Source: the human T2T-CHM13v2.0 reference genome, Homo sapiens. From it: DNA of 64,000 bases. The stretch lies in NCBI RefSeq assembly GCF_009914755.1, contig NC_060933.1; one strand, 5' to 3'. Of the stretch, positions 35,193 to 53,386 are shown in pieces. The notes beneath the pieces were generated by a model. It did not search any database and was not told where the DNA came from. It saw only the letters and a program-made list of their open reading frames with translations. A program made the position numbers and the translations under genes. Position 1 is the first letter of the stretch. Every line of letters begins with the position of its first letter.

Positions 35193-35621
35193 CCAGAAGA
35201 GGGCAGCAAAGGCTCACCCAAATCGAAGTCCACTGAAAGCCTCCCATATTATATAGCCACTTATCCAGCTTTGAGGTGAAGAGTTAGTCAGGTGGCTGTT
35301 TCCACAGTGCAGGTGAGAGATGACTTGGACTGAACCATGGTAGCTGGAATGACAGAGGGCAAGCTCATGGTAGTGAAGGTGTGAAGGGGCTAAAGCAGGT
35401 GGACAGTGAAAAGGCATCGGCCAGGAAGGAGTTCAAATGAAGAAACCTAAGTGCCTAGGACAGCCAAGTCAGAAGCAGAAAAACAGAGACCTATACCAAT
35501 CAGAAGTGGAGACCCAAGGGCACAAATAAAGCATACACTGCACATCACAGCATATTCAACCTCTAGAACAGGGTAACCAGGCAGGAGCTGACCCTGAGGC
35601 AACAGGCCTCCACTAGATGGC
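35193..35621 (+). promoter_or_regulatory. Two co-oriented CTCF-like motifs
   Basis: CCAGAAGAGGGCAGCA (35193-35208) and CCACTAGATGGC (35610-35621) match the CTCF core in apparently unique sequence. Confidence 0.5.
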
Positions 35622-36084
35622 CTGCTGTAACCTATACTCTTTGAAGCCACACTCTTGCTTGTTCTGTTCCGGAGAACAGACAGCACCTTGAGCTCAACTG
35701 TATGCTCCAGCAGCTTCATCTCAGGGGCAATCATATTCTGGCACTACAGTTTTTACCAAATCCAATGGAGACCCAGAGCACAAAAAAAAGTTAGCCACAT
35801 ACAGATCTAGGTTATTCTTTTCAACAAAGCCAATTCTTTCTTTGTTAGGGAGGAACCATCTCTGTATTTTTTTTAAATCCTGTATTACATTTAGGTTGTT
35901 CTCAGTGTTTTGCTATTACAAAGCTATTATTAATATTCTTGTACATACATATAGTTTGGCAAGCATTTGAAAATATATCCATAAAAGTACATTTCTAGAA
36001 GTAGAATTGCTGGTTCAAACAGTATGTGAATTTTCTTAAAATTTCAAGATATATTGCTACACTGCCTCCTAAAAGGCAGCATCA

Positions 36085-36292
36085 ATTTTTTTAATTTTTT
36101 GAAACCTGTCACCCAGGTTGAGGTGCAGTGTCATGATCACAGCTCACTGCCCCCTTGAATTCCTGGGGGCTCAAGTGATCCTCCCGCCTCAGTGCTGAGT
36201 AGCTGGGACTACAGGCATACACCACCACAACAGACTTAATTTTTTTTTTTTTTTTTTGTAGAGACTAGGTTTCACCATGTTGCCAAGGCTGG
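36085..36292 (-). mobile_element. AluJ, partial
   Basis: Right arm plus part of the left arm. Confidence 0.85.
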
Positions 36293-36877
36293 CAATTTTT
36301 ATTCAAAGCAAAGCTAACTGATCACAGTTTGGAGTTGACCCTGGAGGGGAATCAGTAGTTTTCAGGGTACTCCCTGAGGAAAGATAGGCTAGCCCTATGG
36401 ACAGCAGTACGCCAAGCATCAGGAAGAGAGAAGCCCTGAGCAGAACTTGGACCAGTATACTTTTAGTGAAGCCATATTTCATATGCAGCTTTAAGTTCTC
36501 TTTGTTCTGATGCCCTTCTGTTAAATCCTTTATTAAATATTAATAGCCTAGGAACTAGGCCCAAACTATAATCTAGGAGCTGGGCCTAAACTTGAGCCAA
36601 AGTGACACCAGTGAGAACACCTTAGGGAAGCTGGTGACCAATGGGCCATGGGTCAAAGGACTGGCTGGAAGGACAAGCAGTTTACCCAGGAAGTCCCAGA
36701 AATACCTGGAGAGGAAAGCCAGACAAACTGTTCAACTGAATTTAAGAAAAGCAAGCGCTCAAATCATTAAGAATTGGGCATTAATGGAAAATGTGATCCC
36801 AAAAGCCAGTGAAATAAGGACTTAAATGGGTTATACTTACATAAGTGCTTCAAGAAAATAAATGATGTTATGCACAT

Positions 36878-37160
36878 GGCCGGGTGTGGTGGTTCACCTC
36901 TGTAATACCAGCACTTTGGGAGGCAGAAGGGAGCGGATCACTTGAAGTCAGGAGTTCGAGGCCAGCCTGGCCAACATGGTAAAACCCTCTCTCTACTAAA
37001 AATACAAAAATTAGCCGAGTGTGGTGGTGAATGCTGGTAATCCCAGCTACTTGGGAGGCTGAAGCAGGGGAATCACTTGAACCTGAGAAGCAGAGGTTGT
37101 AGTGAGCCAAGATCACACCACTGCACTATAGCCTGGGTGACAGAGTGAGACTGTCTCCAA
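36878..37160 (+). mobile_element. AluS with expanded purine tail
   Basis: Full dimer. Confidence 0.95.
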
Positions 37161-37335
37161 GAAAGAAAGAGAGAGAGAAAGGGAGGGAGGGAAGGAGGGA
37201 AGGAAGGATGGAAGGAAAGAAGGAAGGAAGGAAGGAAGGAAAGAAGGAAAGAAAGAAAGAAAAGAAAGAGAGAGAAAGAAAAAGAAAGGAAGAAAGAAAA
37301 AGAAAGAAAGAAAGAAAGAAAAAAAGAAAGAAGGC
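37159..37335 (+). repeat. (GAAA/GGAA)n polypurine tract
   Basis: About 175 bp, almost entirely purine. Confidence 0.95.
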
Positions 37336-38219
37336 AGGCGGGCGGGCAACAGAAGCACAGCCAATTAGCTACTTTACTTTTGGGAAAGACCACGAAGAGA
37401 AGTCGCTGAAAACAGACATGGGAATCACAGTCTTAAGAAGTTTGAGATGCAAGAAACATTCGAATGCTGCAGACCAGACTGCCTGAACGTCTTACTATTT
37501 CCATTATGTTCAATGAGGAACACACTTTCTTTCCTCTAGGGAATTCTGGTGGAGCTCAAATACCTGTACAGTCAATAACTTGCTCTAGATGACACACACC
37601 CTGCTATAGAAGTCTAACATCTTGCATTCATGAAATGTGACCAGCTCACTAAAACTGCCAGTGTTTCCACTGATGATAGTTTTAGGATCCTAACACGAAT
37701 GGTTTTGCACAGACATATGTGATACACGGTGCATCTCCACAAACCCTGTATCCTCCTGCCCGTGCCACATTCTACAGGCCCTCCAGACTTTAAGGAAAAG
37801 AAGGAAATATGTGGGCAGATTTCTAATTTGTACTACAAAACAAATCATAATATTAAGTAAATCTCTTAAGGCAGTACAACTCTTTGTAGAGTAAATATAA
37901 AATTTAAGCTTCCATAGGAAGCTTATTTATCTTCCCCTGGCTTGCTTGTTCCTGTTGCAATAGTGTCTTGTAAATAAAACAAAATAAACTTAGGAGATAA
38001 TGACATTTTAAAGACCAACAAAATAATCTCCAATAACAACAATCTCAAAATACCTATCATTACATGGAATCTCTAATCAGATATTTTACAACAAAGCAAA
38101 GTGAGAATCTACTGAAAACACAGTGGGTCACATAATCATATACTAAATAAATTCCAGGTAGATAAGAAAGGATAATGTAAAATTATTAAAACTTTTAGAA
38201 AATACGGGTAAATATCTGA

Positions 38220-38566
<347 letters not shown>

Positions 38567-38821
38567 TGATGTAAAAGAATCAGGCAGAACCGAGGCAGGA
38601 ATGCTGAGGCCTGCGGATAAGACATCCAGTATGAAAACACCCAACCAGTTTTTGTCTCTATCTCTTTTCTTTCAACAACCCTATTTTCTATTACTATTCT
38701 CTAAAATAAATCAATCACGTTTCCAAGAAGGCCTCCACATATAAAAACAATCCTATTAGTCAGCAGTGGACCCTCTCTTTTATTAAGTGAAGGAAGAAAT
38801 GGAGTCTGAAAGTAGTCTAGG

Positions 38822-40025
<1,204 letters not shown>

Positions 40026-40427
40026 CTTTTATAAACATGTTGTATTATGCCACTCCTTTGCATAAAACCCTCCAATGGCTTCTCGAAAAAGCAGAATAAA
40101 ATCTAGACTACTTTCCCTGGCTTACAAAGAACTACATGGGCTGGCCCATGCCCACCTCTCCAAGCTCATCTCATACCATTCCCAATCCGCATCCACCATG
40201 CTTACAAATATCAGCCTTTTGTTTCCCTCATCTTTCCGGCTTTAGGGATTTTGCACTAGCTGTATTATTTCCCTTAAATGTTCTTTCCATGACCCTGATT
40301 TTCACCTGAATTGTTACTTATTATTCAGATCTTTGCCAAAGTGTCAGGTTGAAGGCCATCTTCAACACCTAATAGAGAGCAGCTAACTACCCAATTACTT
40401 GCACAACATGAATCTTGAAATGACCAT

Positions 40428-41428
<1,001 letters not shown>

Positions 41429-42385
41429 AATCATGCTCAATGAGAGAAGCCAGACACAAAAGGCTACATTTTGAGATCCCATTTTATGAAATGTACAGAA
41501 TAGGCAAATTCATATACAGAAATATCAGTGGTTGCTGGGAGCAGGGGGCAAGAAATAATGAGAAGCATGGGATATGTTTCTGTTTGTTTGTGTCACCTAT
41601 GGTTTCTTTCAGCAGTATTTTGTAGTTTTCCTTGTAGAGGTCTTTCAGCTCTTAGGTCTATTCCTAGTTTTGTTTGTTTGTTTTTGCAGCTATTGTAAAA
41701 GCAGTTGAGTTCTTGATTTGATTCTCATTTGGTCACTTTTGTTGTATAGTTCAAGCCCATTGTTTCTTTGTTAACTTTCCATCTTGATGACTTGTCTAGT
41801 GCTGTCAGTGGAGTATTGAAGTCCTCCACTATTATTGTGCTGCTGTTTTCTAGTAGCAATTGTTTTGTAAATTTGGGAGCTCCAGTGTTAAATGCAAATA
41901 TATTTAGGATTATGATATTTTCCTGTTGGACCAGTCCTTTTATCATTACATAATGTCCCTCCTTGTCTTTGTTAACTGTTACTGCTTTAAAGTCTGTTTC
42001 GTCTGATATAAGGATAGCGACTCCGGATAGCGACTCCTGTTTGCTTTTCATGTCCATTTGCATGGAATATCTTTTTTCACTCCTTTACCTTATGTTTATG
42101 TGAGTCCTTATGTGTTAGGTGAGTCTCTTGAAGACAGCAGATACTTGGTTGGTGAATTCTTACCCATTCTGCCACTCTGTATTCTTTGTGGAGCATTTAG
42201 GCCATTTACATTCAACGTTAGTATTGAGATGTTAGCTACTATTCTATTCATCGTTCTCGCTGCTGCCTGAATATCTTGGTATTTTTTCCTTGTGTTATTG
42301 TTTTATAGGCCCCGTGAGATTTATGCTTTAAGGAGGTTCTATTTTGGTGTACTTTGAAGTTTTGTTTTGTTTCAAGATTTAGAAC

Positions 42386-43182
<797 letters not shown>

Positions 43183-44712
43183 TCAAACTTATTGGAGGCT
43201 TTATTCAGTTTTTTTCTTTTTTGTCACACTGGGTTAATTAAAAAGCCTTATCTTTGAGCCCTCAACTTCTTTCTTGTTCAATTCTATTGAAATTTTCCAG
43301 TGTATTTTGTATTTAAGTGTGTCTTTCATTTCCTGAAGTTGTGATTGTTGTTTTATTGATTTTATTTCTCTGGAGATTTTTTTGTCCGTATCTTGTTTTT
43401 TTTGTTTTTTTGTTTTTTTCTAATGTCAGAGGAAAGATCTGGGGCTCAATAGCTGTTGTTCAGATTCTTTTGTCCCATGGGGTGATCCCCTGACATGGTG
43501 CTCTCCCCCTTCCCCTAGGGATGAGGTTCCTGAGAGCTGGACTACAGTGATTGTTGCTGCTCTTCTGCATCTAGCCACCTAGTAGAGCTACTGGGGTCCG
43601 GGCTGGTACTGGGGAGTGTCTGCAAAGAGTCCTGTAATGTGATCAGTATCCCGGTCTCTCAGCTGTGGCATCTGCTCCGATGGAGGTAGCAGGGGAATGA
43701 AGTGGACCCTGTGAGGGTCCTTGGTAGTTTTGTTTAGTGCACTGGTTTTCTCAAATGCTGGTTGTGCTGGCAGTGAAGTTGTAACATGGACAGACTCAGA
43801 ACCTCTGGTTAGCTAGGATGTTACAGGCAGTGGAATTTGCTATTATTTTCTCCTTTCTTGGTGCAGAGTTGTTCTTTTATGAGTTGCTGTAATGGCTTCA
43901 GTTGGTTGGCCTCCAGTCAGAAGGTGGCGCTTTCAATACAACATCGACTGCAGTAGTACGGGGCGGGGGATACAAGTTTGCCCTAAGGTCACTTGGATAA
44001 GTATTCTGATTTATCAGGTGATGGGTGGCGCCATAGAGCTCTCAAGATATTATGTGTTTTGTTTTACGCTACCAGGGCGGAAAAAGACCATCAAGTAAGG
44101 GCCAGGTTAGGCATATCTGAGACTCTCCTTGGGCGGGGCTTGCTGTGGCCACAGGGCGGAGGGAGGGGGAGGGGGTGGGAGATGGGAGGATGGGGGATGG
44201 GGGTGTGATTCTCAGGCCAATAAAATTGTATTCCCTGGGGGATTATGGTTGCCTCTGCTGCTTCAAACAGATCACCAGGGAGTTGGGGGCAAGCTGGCAG
44301 TGACAGGCCTCACCGAATTCCTCCACAACCAGCAAGGCCGGTCTCAGTCCCACCATGCCCTGACAACACCGTTATATCCAGGCAGCCTTAGAGCAAGGCT
44401 GAGATTTTGCCCCAGGCTACAAAAGCCCCTGCTGAGAAAGCAGGCAAGGATTTCAGGTCTTGCCCCTCCCTGCCTGCCCTAACTTCTGTGCCAGTATCTG
44501 CACTTTCGGTTTGCCCACTCCCAAATATTGCCCAGGAAAATTTGCACTCAGTCAAAATTATTACAAAGTTAGGCTGTAAGTTTTCTTCTCCCTGTGGTCC
44601 TTCCCCATTTCTAATGGCAGCCTTTCCCAAGAACCCCTGGTAAGATAAAAGTCAGAAATGGCTTCCCTGGGGACTAGAAGTGTCTACAGGGCTCCTTCTT
44701 GCTGCTGCCTCG

Positions 44713-44715
<3 letters not shown>

Positions 44716-44744
<29 letters not shown>

Positions 44745-45035
44745 GAGACAGAGTCACATTCTGTGGCCCAGGCTGGAGTGCAGCGGCACCATCTCAGCTC
44801 ACTGCAGCCTCCGCCTCCTTGGTTAAAGCGATTCTCCTGCCTCAGCTGCCTAAGTAGCTGGGATTACAGGCATGTGCCACATGCCCAGCTAATTTCTGTA
44901 TTTTTAGTAGAGATAGGATTTCGCCACGTTAGCCAGGCTGGTCTCGAACTCCTGACTGCAGATGATCCACCCACCTTGGCCTCCCAAAGTGCTGGGATTA
45001 CAGCACTTTTTGGCTGGGAGCCACCGCGCCTGGCC
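44716..45035 (-). mobile_element. AluS in the L1PB 5' UTR
   Basis: Antisense dimer with long T tract. Confidence 0.93.
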
Positions 45036-45489
45036 TTGCATCAACTTTTATATTTCATTTGGCTCTCTAAATTCGTATCAGCTCCAGGTAAGGTTAAATC
45101 CTTCTCCCATGATCTGGATTTTCAGGTTCCCCAGTGAGGATGTGTGTTCAGAGGCAGACTTTCCCCCTCTTCACTTTGGGCACTCACAGCTTTTGGCTGT
45201 CTCATGGAATTTGCAGCGACAAGCCGCTTATTTCAAAGGGTCTGTGAATAATTTCGGTTTTACTGTTATGTTCCTGCGGTAGTTCTTGAAGCAAAAGTTC
45301 ACGATGTGAGTCTCCACACACTGTTTTGTCCATCCGAGTAGAAGCTGCAAGTTAATCCTGCCCGCTTTTGATTTAAAATTATACATCTTACTTGAATTCT
45401 AACAGTAGGTTAACTTTTATTTTTGATATTTGAACTATTTACCTAAAAGTACCAATAATAATTCTATAAATTAACAATACTTCCATCAC

Positions 45490-46310
45490 TTTTTTTGGTT
45501 TTGGAGACAGAATCTCACTCTGTCACCCAGGCGGGAGTGCAGTGGTGCAATCTCGGTTCAATACAAACTCCACTTCTGGGTTCAAGAGATTCTCCTGCCT
45601 CAACCTTCCGAGTAGCTGGGATTACAGGCGTGCACCACTACGCTCAGCTAATTTTTGTATTTTTAGTAGAGACAGGGTTTCACCATGTTGGCCAGGCTGG
45701 TCTCGAACTCCTGGCCCCAAGTGACCTGCCTGCCTTGGCCTCCCAATCTGCTGGGATTACAAGCATGAGCCACCAAACCCAGCCACTTCCACCACTTTTT
45801 AAATGAAACACTGCTTAACTTTTACAAATCTAGTTCCTATCTTAAGCTAGAGAATCTTTCTCTACCAAGGTACAATCAAGGAACTTGATTTTACAAGGAT
45901 GAAAAACATTTCATACAAATATGGTAAGAAAAAACAATCTGTTAATACTGAAATTCCAATTGTTATTTCTCAGGAGAGAAACTGAATAGAGTGCTGTGTT
46001 TGTTTTTACAATCAATATGTGATTTTTTTTTTTTTTTTTGGAGACAGGGTCTCACTCCATCACCCAGGCTGGAATGCAGTGGCTTGATCTCCATGCAACC
46101 TCAAGTAATCTTCCCGCCTCAGCCTCCTGAGTAGCTAGGACCACAGGTGTGTACCACTAGGCCCAGCTAATTTTGTATTTTTTGTATACACAGGGTTTTG
46201 CCATGTTGTCCAGGCTGGTCAGCTGGTCTCAAACTCTTGAGGTTGAGTGATCCACTCATTTCGGCCTCCCAAAGTGCTGGGATTACAGGCATGAGCCACT
46301 GCGCCTGGCC
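45490..46310 (-). mobile_element. Two antisense Alus (45490-45784; 46023-46310, partly deleted)
   Basis: Alu consensus matches. Confidence 0.9.
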
Positions 46311-46332
46311 AACAATCAATATGTAATTTTTA

Positions 46333-46994
<662 letters not shown>

Positions 46995-47012
46995 TCACAG
47001 AAGAAAAACTGG

Positions 47013-47240
47013 TACATCTCGAGCAAAAATCTAAAAATCCAAAATCTGAAATGCTACAAAATCCAAAACTTTCTGAGCAAAGATTTCACACTCAAAGGAA
47101 GTACTCAATGGAACATTTTGGATTTTCAGATTTGGGATGCTCAACCAGTATATAACGCAAATATACAAAACCTGAAAAAAATCCAAAATCCCAAACACTT
47201 CTGGTCCCAAGCATTTTAGATAAGCGATATTGAACCTGTA
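47013..47240. mobile_element. Tigger4a (MER46)-like element
   Basis: aaaatccaaaatctgaaatgct...ggtcccaagcattttagataagcgatattgaacctgta. Confidence 0.75.
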
Positions 47241-47639
47241 AGTACATTTTCCATCTTCCCTGAAGGCAGTATGCATGGGATTACTTATACCACAAGCTGG
47301 ATGGGTGCTTTTTTCCAAGACAAATGAATGAAGCCTACTATAAGGAATTCTTGTCAAGAAAGACTCCTGCTCTGAATCAGTACACATAAGCAGTTTAGGA
47401 AGAACTCTTCTATTTTCGTTTCTCAAATGGCCATCCTCCTGGCAATGTATCAAGAACTCTGAAAAAATATATAATTGAGGCTACAAGTTAATTCACCTCA
47501 ACTGAGAGAATAGTCTTATCAAATTCTTCAATATTTTATCTCATTCTCAGGTCAGACCTAGTTCCCCAGCTCAAGCTTGTTGTCACTGTGAAAATGTGAC
47601 TATTTTCAAACTGACATTAGCTGAGTTAATTTCAGTATC

Positions 47640-47812
47640 TAAGTGAAACATGACTACAGGTGGCACGGCATCTGTATTCCCAGCTACTTGGGAAGGCTGA
47701 GGTGGGAGAATCCCTTGAAGGTGGGGGCAGAGGTCGCAGTGAGCAGAAATTGCGCCACTGCACCCCAGCCTGGGTAACAAAGTGCGACCCTGTCACAAAC
47801 AAACAAACAAAA
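47640..47812 (+). mobile_element. Alu right arm
   Basis: Single arm with (CAAA)n tail. Confidence 0.85.
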
Positions 47813-48059
47813 AACTCGCACAGAATTCTGAACCTGACACAGGGTAGGGATGACTTGGCAAGGAGCCTGGAATAACAAATAGTCATGAATCAGAATAAAG
47901 GCCTGGGGGCAAGAAAAAAAACTACCGAGAAGGACTGGTGCCAATGGTTCAGTTCCACTGTGACTCTCTGAGGCCTTCTCCACTTGCAGATATGTTTCTC
48001 CAAGCATGTCACAGTTGAATGGGTGAAGTTAAAATAGGAATAGGTTTCTTCAAACAGCA

Positions 48060-48205
48060 GAGTACAGACTTGAGCAAGGCAGCTTGGGATGGAATCCCAG
48101 TGTACTGCTGTGTGATCTTGGGTAAATATTTAATCTGTGCCTCAGATTCCTCACTGATAAAACTGGAATAAAGCAGTCCCTACTTCAAAGGGTGTTGTGA
48201 CTACC
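48060..48205 (+). mobile_element. MIR
   Basis: gctgtgtgatcttgggtaa...ctgtgcctcagattcctca core. Confidence 0.7.
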
Positions 48206-48225
48206 TGGTTAAAAGGACAACCTTC

Positions 48226-48575
<350 letters not shown>

Positions 48576-49356
48576 TCACAACACAAATAATCAGTTAACA
48601 ATATCTTTATTGTCTTGCCTTTCCCCACTCACAGAAAGCAAGCTGCATAAGAGCAAAGACTTCTGTTTTCTTCAATGCAGTATCCCCAGTATCTAGAACA
48701 TTGCTCTGTATGTAGTAGCTACTCAAATATAAACGTTTGCCACCTAGAAATTATGGAATATGGCCCTGTGAACGAATGTAAAAATAATGCTGGAGGGCTT
48801 GTGCAAATTGCTGTGCCCAATATAAATTAATGAGAATTTGTAACTCACAGGATTTAATAATTAACATCAGAGCTGGAATCAGTTTCTTCCAGCACTATAA
48901 ACTATAAACAGATACATATCAGGAGAGAAACTTTAAGCTGGAGAACAACAGATCAAGCCAAAAAATTGGGGATTGGACACCACCTCCAAGGCTGTAGAGA
49001 GGATGTCCAACAAATAAATTGGCCCTCATACTCCTTGCCTGAACTGTGGTTCCATCCCCAGTCACACATGGATTAGTTAAAAGTGAGAAAACTTATAAGA
49101 AAAATCATGTAAGAAAAATCATCTTTTCTTCCCCAATCTGAGAAATACACCATGCCTGAAAGATAGGCAAAGACAACAAGCAAAGAATCAACACGTTTTG
49201 ACAATGTGCTCAGAATACCTAAGCAAATATTTTATATAACTTGCATTCGATACAGAAGATCTGGTCTACCCCTAGCACTGTGGGTTACCCCTGAACAAGT
49301 AATTTCTCCCATGGTGGTCACAGCTCCCAAGTTTATTTTTTTTTAAAGCAGGTTGG

Positions 49357-49717
<361 letters not shown>

Positions 49718-49924
49718 TTAGACTATGAAGAAGTGGGGAAGGGAGAGAGAGTGAGTGTGCAGAGGGCAACAGGTTCATTTTAGTTTTTGCAAAACCAATA
49801 CCCACGTGTCATAGAAAGACGTCAGGGGGCTGTTGTATATGTAGCGATCTGATTTTTAAATATGATATCCACCCACTCTCCTCCCCAGAATAACACCTGA
49901 TGATCCTGTTGAAAGCTATAATCT

Positions 49925-50420
49925 GGCCAGGCATGGTGGCTCACACCTGTAATCCAAACACTTTGGGAGGCTGAGTTGGGTGGATCACTTGAGGCCAGGA
50001 GTTCGAGACTAGCCTGGTCAACATGGTGAAGTCCCATTTCTACTAAAAATACAAAAATTAGCCAGGCACGGTGATGAACACCTGCAGTCCCAGCTACTTG
50101 GGAGGCTGAGGCACAACAATCACTTGAACCAGGAGGCAGACACTACAGTGAGCTTAGATCTTGCCACTGCACTCCAGCCTGGGCAACAGAGGGAGACTCT
50201 ATCTCAAAATAATAAACAAACAAACAAACAAACATAAAAATGCAAAAAATTAGCTGGCCGTGGTGGCACACGCCTGTAATCCCAGCTACTCAGGAGGCTG
50301 AGAATCTTTTGAACCTGGGAGGCAGAGGTTGCAGTGAGCCAAGACTGTACCACTGCACTCCAGCCTGAGCAACGAAGGGAGACTCAGTCTACCCACCAAA
50401 AAACAAAAAAAAAAAAACAG
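49925..50420 (+). mobile_element. Full Alu followed by an extra right arm
   Basis: Dimer plus monomer. Confidence 0.9.
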
Positions 50421-51642
50421 GAGAGAAAGAAAGGCTGTAATCTGTAACTTTTCTTTTATCCACTTCACTTATTGTAAAATGCTATACTAGAATCTATCTG
50501 TTTTCTATCTGGCTGTATTCCCTAAATGCCTAGACACATAGCTACCTATCGATAAGTACTACTTGCTGACTGAATGAATTGAATAAATTCTAAATACATA
50601 GTCAAGAGACCCTAATCCATTTTCTCCATTTCCATTTAGGAAACAATCAATATATACATGGTAGGCAGGAAGAAAGGAGAGTCGTTTCAGACAGTTCTTT
50701 ACCCTGCTGATCTCCTGTTCCTTAATAATATTCCTTAAACTTCTCTTCCCTTTTTTCCCCCATATTTCCAGAAAAATCTCCTGTCTCAAAAGCACAAAAT
50801 CAGCTATAGAAAAGATTAATAAATTAGAAAACAAAAACATTTTAAGGGGTGACAGGAAGTACCTGGCAAAGGTAGACAAAAAGCTTATCTTCAGAATCTA
50901 AGGTCTGGAGACAACCCGGAGGGCAGTCTGGCTTCTATACCATAAATGAACAAATGGATACTAGCATAACACACTTAGCAGAAGAAAAAAAATTTAACCC
51001 AAAAGCACCTTCATAATTATGAAGCACAATCACTTGTAACATTAGTAACCTAAAATGATTTTGCCTTCTCCCTCTATCATCACTCTTAATTTCAAATGCT
51101 CATTTCTAAAATCTGTAGTATACAAAATTTTCTGTAGCCAACTATATATTCTAGAAGTCTCTTTCAGTGGCTTGCCTTTGAAAGAAGTTAAAAATGAAAC
51201 TCATGTCTCTTGATTGGTACAATAATAAAGGAGACTCTGGAATGCTATAAGCTACCACTCTCTGTAAAGAGAGTGAAATCAGTCTGAACAAAGCTCACAA
51301 AGACAGAGACCAACAAACAGAACAAAGAAACCATTTGGAAAATCCCAATTATCAACCAACTTCTTGATCCAGCTCCAACACAATGAGAGAGGAGGATCTT
51401 GATCAAAACAGCAGAGAAAAAGACTGCTTAGATTGGTCTGCACTGGAAACTACCAAGGGAGTGATAGATTCCTGCATATAACACGCAGAAAATGGGAGGG
51501 AAGCCACTAGAAATTGATGGTGAAAAAGACTAAATTTAAGTCCATCCAGATCGGCAGCCAGATGTTCCAAACGCCCAGCTCACAGAAATATTTACTGCAA
51601 GGGCTGGGCCGTCAAGCGTACTGATGAGTATTGAAAAGCCCC

Positions 51643-52057
<415 letters not shown>

Positions 52058-52587
52058 TCAGGCCCAAAGTAGACTTCTTGTGTATGAACCAGATCGATTC
52101 AACTGACAATCCCCAATATTTAAACTGGCCTTTGTAAACAGAGCCAAAAAAATTTTTTGAAGGTAAAGTATAAGAAGAAAACATAATTCAATGCAATTAA
52201 TGCCAAAAGTGAACCAAAATGTAATGTCCAGGATATTTCCAACATGAGTTGCTGAGATAGCTATCAACCTCTGAAACACATGTTCGTATATTAAGATAAT
52301 CCATTCAGGCTTTGCAGAAGAGGAAGCACCACGATGGGGACAGAGGCATAGGTAGGAAAGTGGAGTGTTGATCAAAAGTCCAACCCACCTCGGGTTGAGG
52401 AATTTGCCCTAGGTTTTCTGGAGCAGTCAATAATTTGACACACAAACCAGCAAGGCCCTCAGCATCTCAACAATGTGTCCCCACAAATCACACTCTTCTT
52501 GCCCTAGGCCCAGAGTTACGCAAGAGAATCCAGCAACGTAAGGTTGGCATGCATTTTCCCCATGGCAGACATCAACACGAACCTCAC

Positions 52588-52658
52588 CTTGTCACTGTCA
52601 TCATGACAAATGTGGTCGTGATGGATGGACTGGCACTGAAAAGAAGCACCAACACTAC
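52588..52658 (-). other. RNF38: Upstream 71-nt internal exon of a distal-promoter RNF38 transcript
   Basis: Strong acceptor ctttcctccctttttcttgtag| and strong donor AAG|GTGAGG in non-repetitive sequence. Ends in phase 0 with an open frame GSVGASFQCQSIHHDHICHDDSDK. Confidence 0.75.
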
Positions 52659-53386
52659 CTACAAGAAAAAGGGAGGAAAGGTTAAGATGCAGTAATTCCT
52701 TACATTTAAACTGCTTTACCAATTAAAAGTGCTTTTACATCCATGATCCCATCTAATAAAATACTCATATAAGTAGACACTGTGGGGATTATTATTCATG
52801 CATTTTAACAGAGGAAAACAAAACACAGAGAGGCTGACCCACACAAAGGACCAGTTAGGGAGTGGCAGGTCTAAAACTACAACTCCATTATTCAAACTGC
52901 TAATTCCCCCTCTTTCTACTAGACCGAGTAGTCTGCTTTCAAAGTAAGATTACCTGCAGAAACACAAGCCTTCAATAAGGCAAACTCTTATTTATGAGGA
53001 AAAATATTACATTCCTTTTCAGACTACACATGCTTTGAGAAAAAACTGGTCCTATAAATTCTAAACATATAAGAAACAATCTAATCTACAATCACATAAC
53101 ACTTTAAATGTTTTTATTATTTTAAATGTATACCAAATATACCCATTTGTAAATTTTAAAAACTACCTTCCAATAACAACTGCTCTTTAATAATAGTTAC
53201 ATTTCTAGCCAATAAAAACACAAACTATTCAACAAGTGATTGGAACAACAGATTACCCATTTTTTTTAAAAAAAGTTTTGGTTTGTACTTCATACCATAA
53301 ACAAAATGGTGAGTCAAAGATCTATGTAATGTAAAAAATGAGGCCAGTTTTAGACAAAAATGTTACATTTTTAAAATAATCTTAGA

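Noticed and set aside
37073-37486. Lys/Glu/Arg-rich and Phe/Ser/Leu-rich ORFs
   Set aside because: Derived from the (GAAA/GGAA)n Alu tail.
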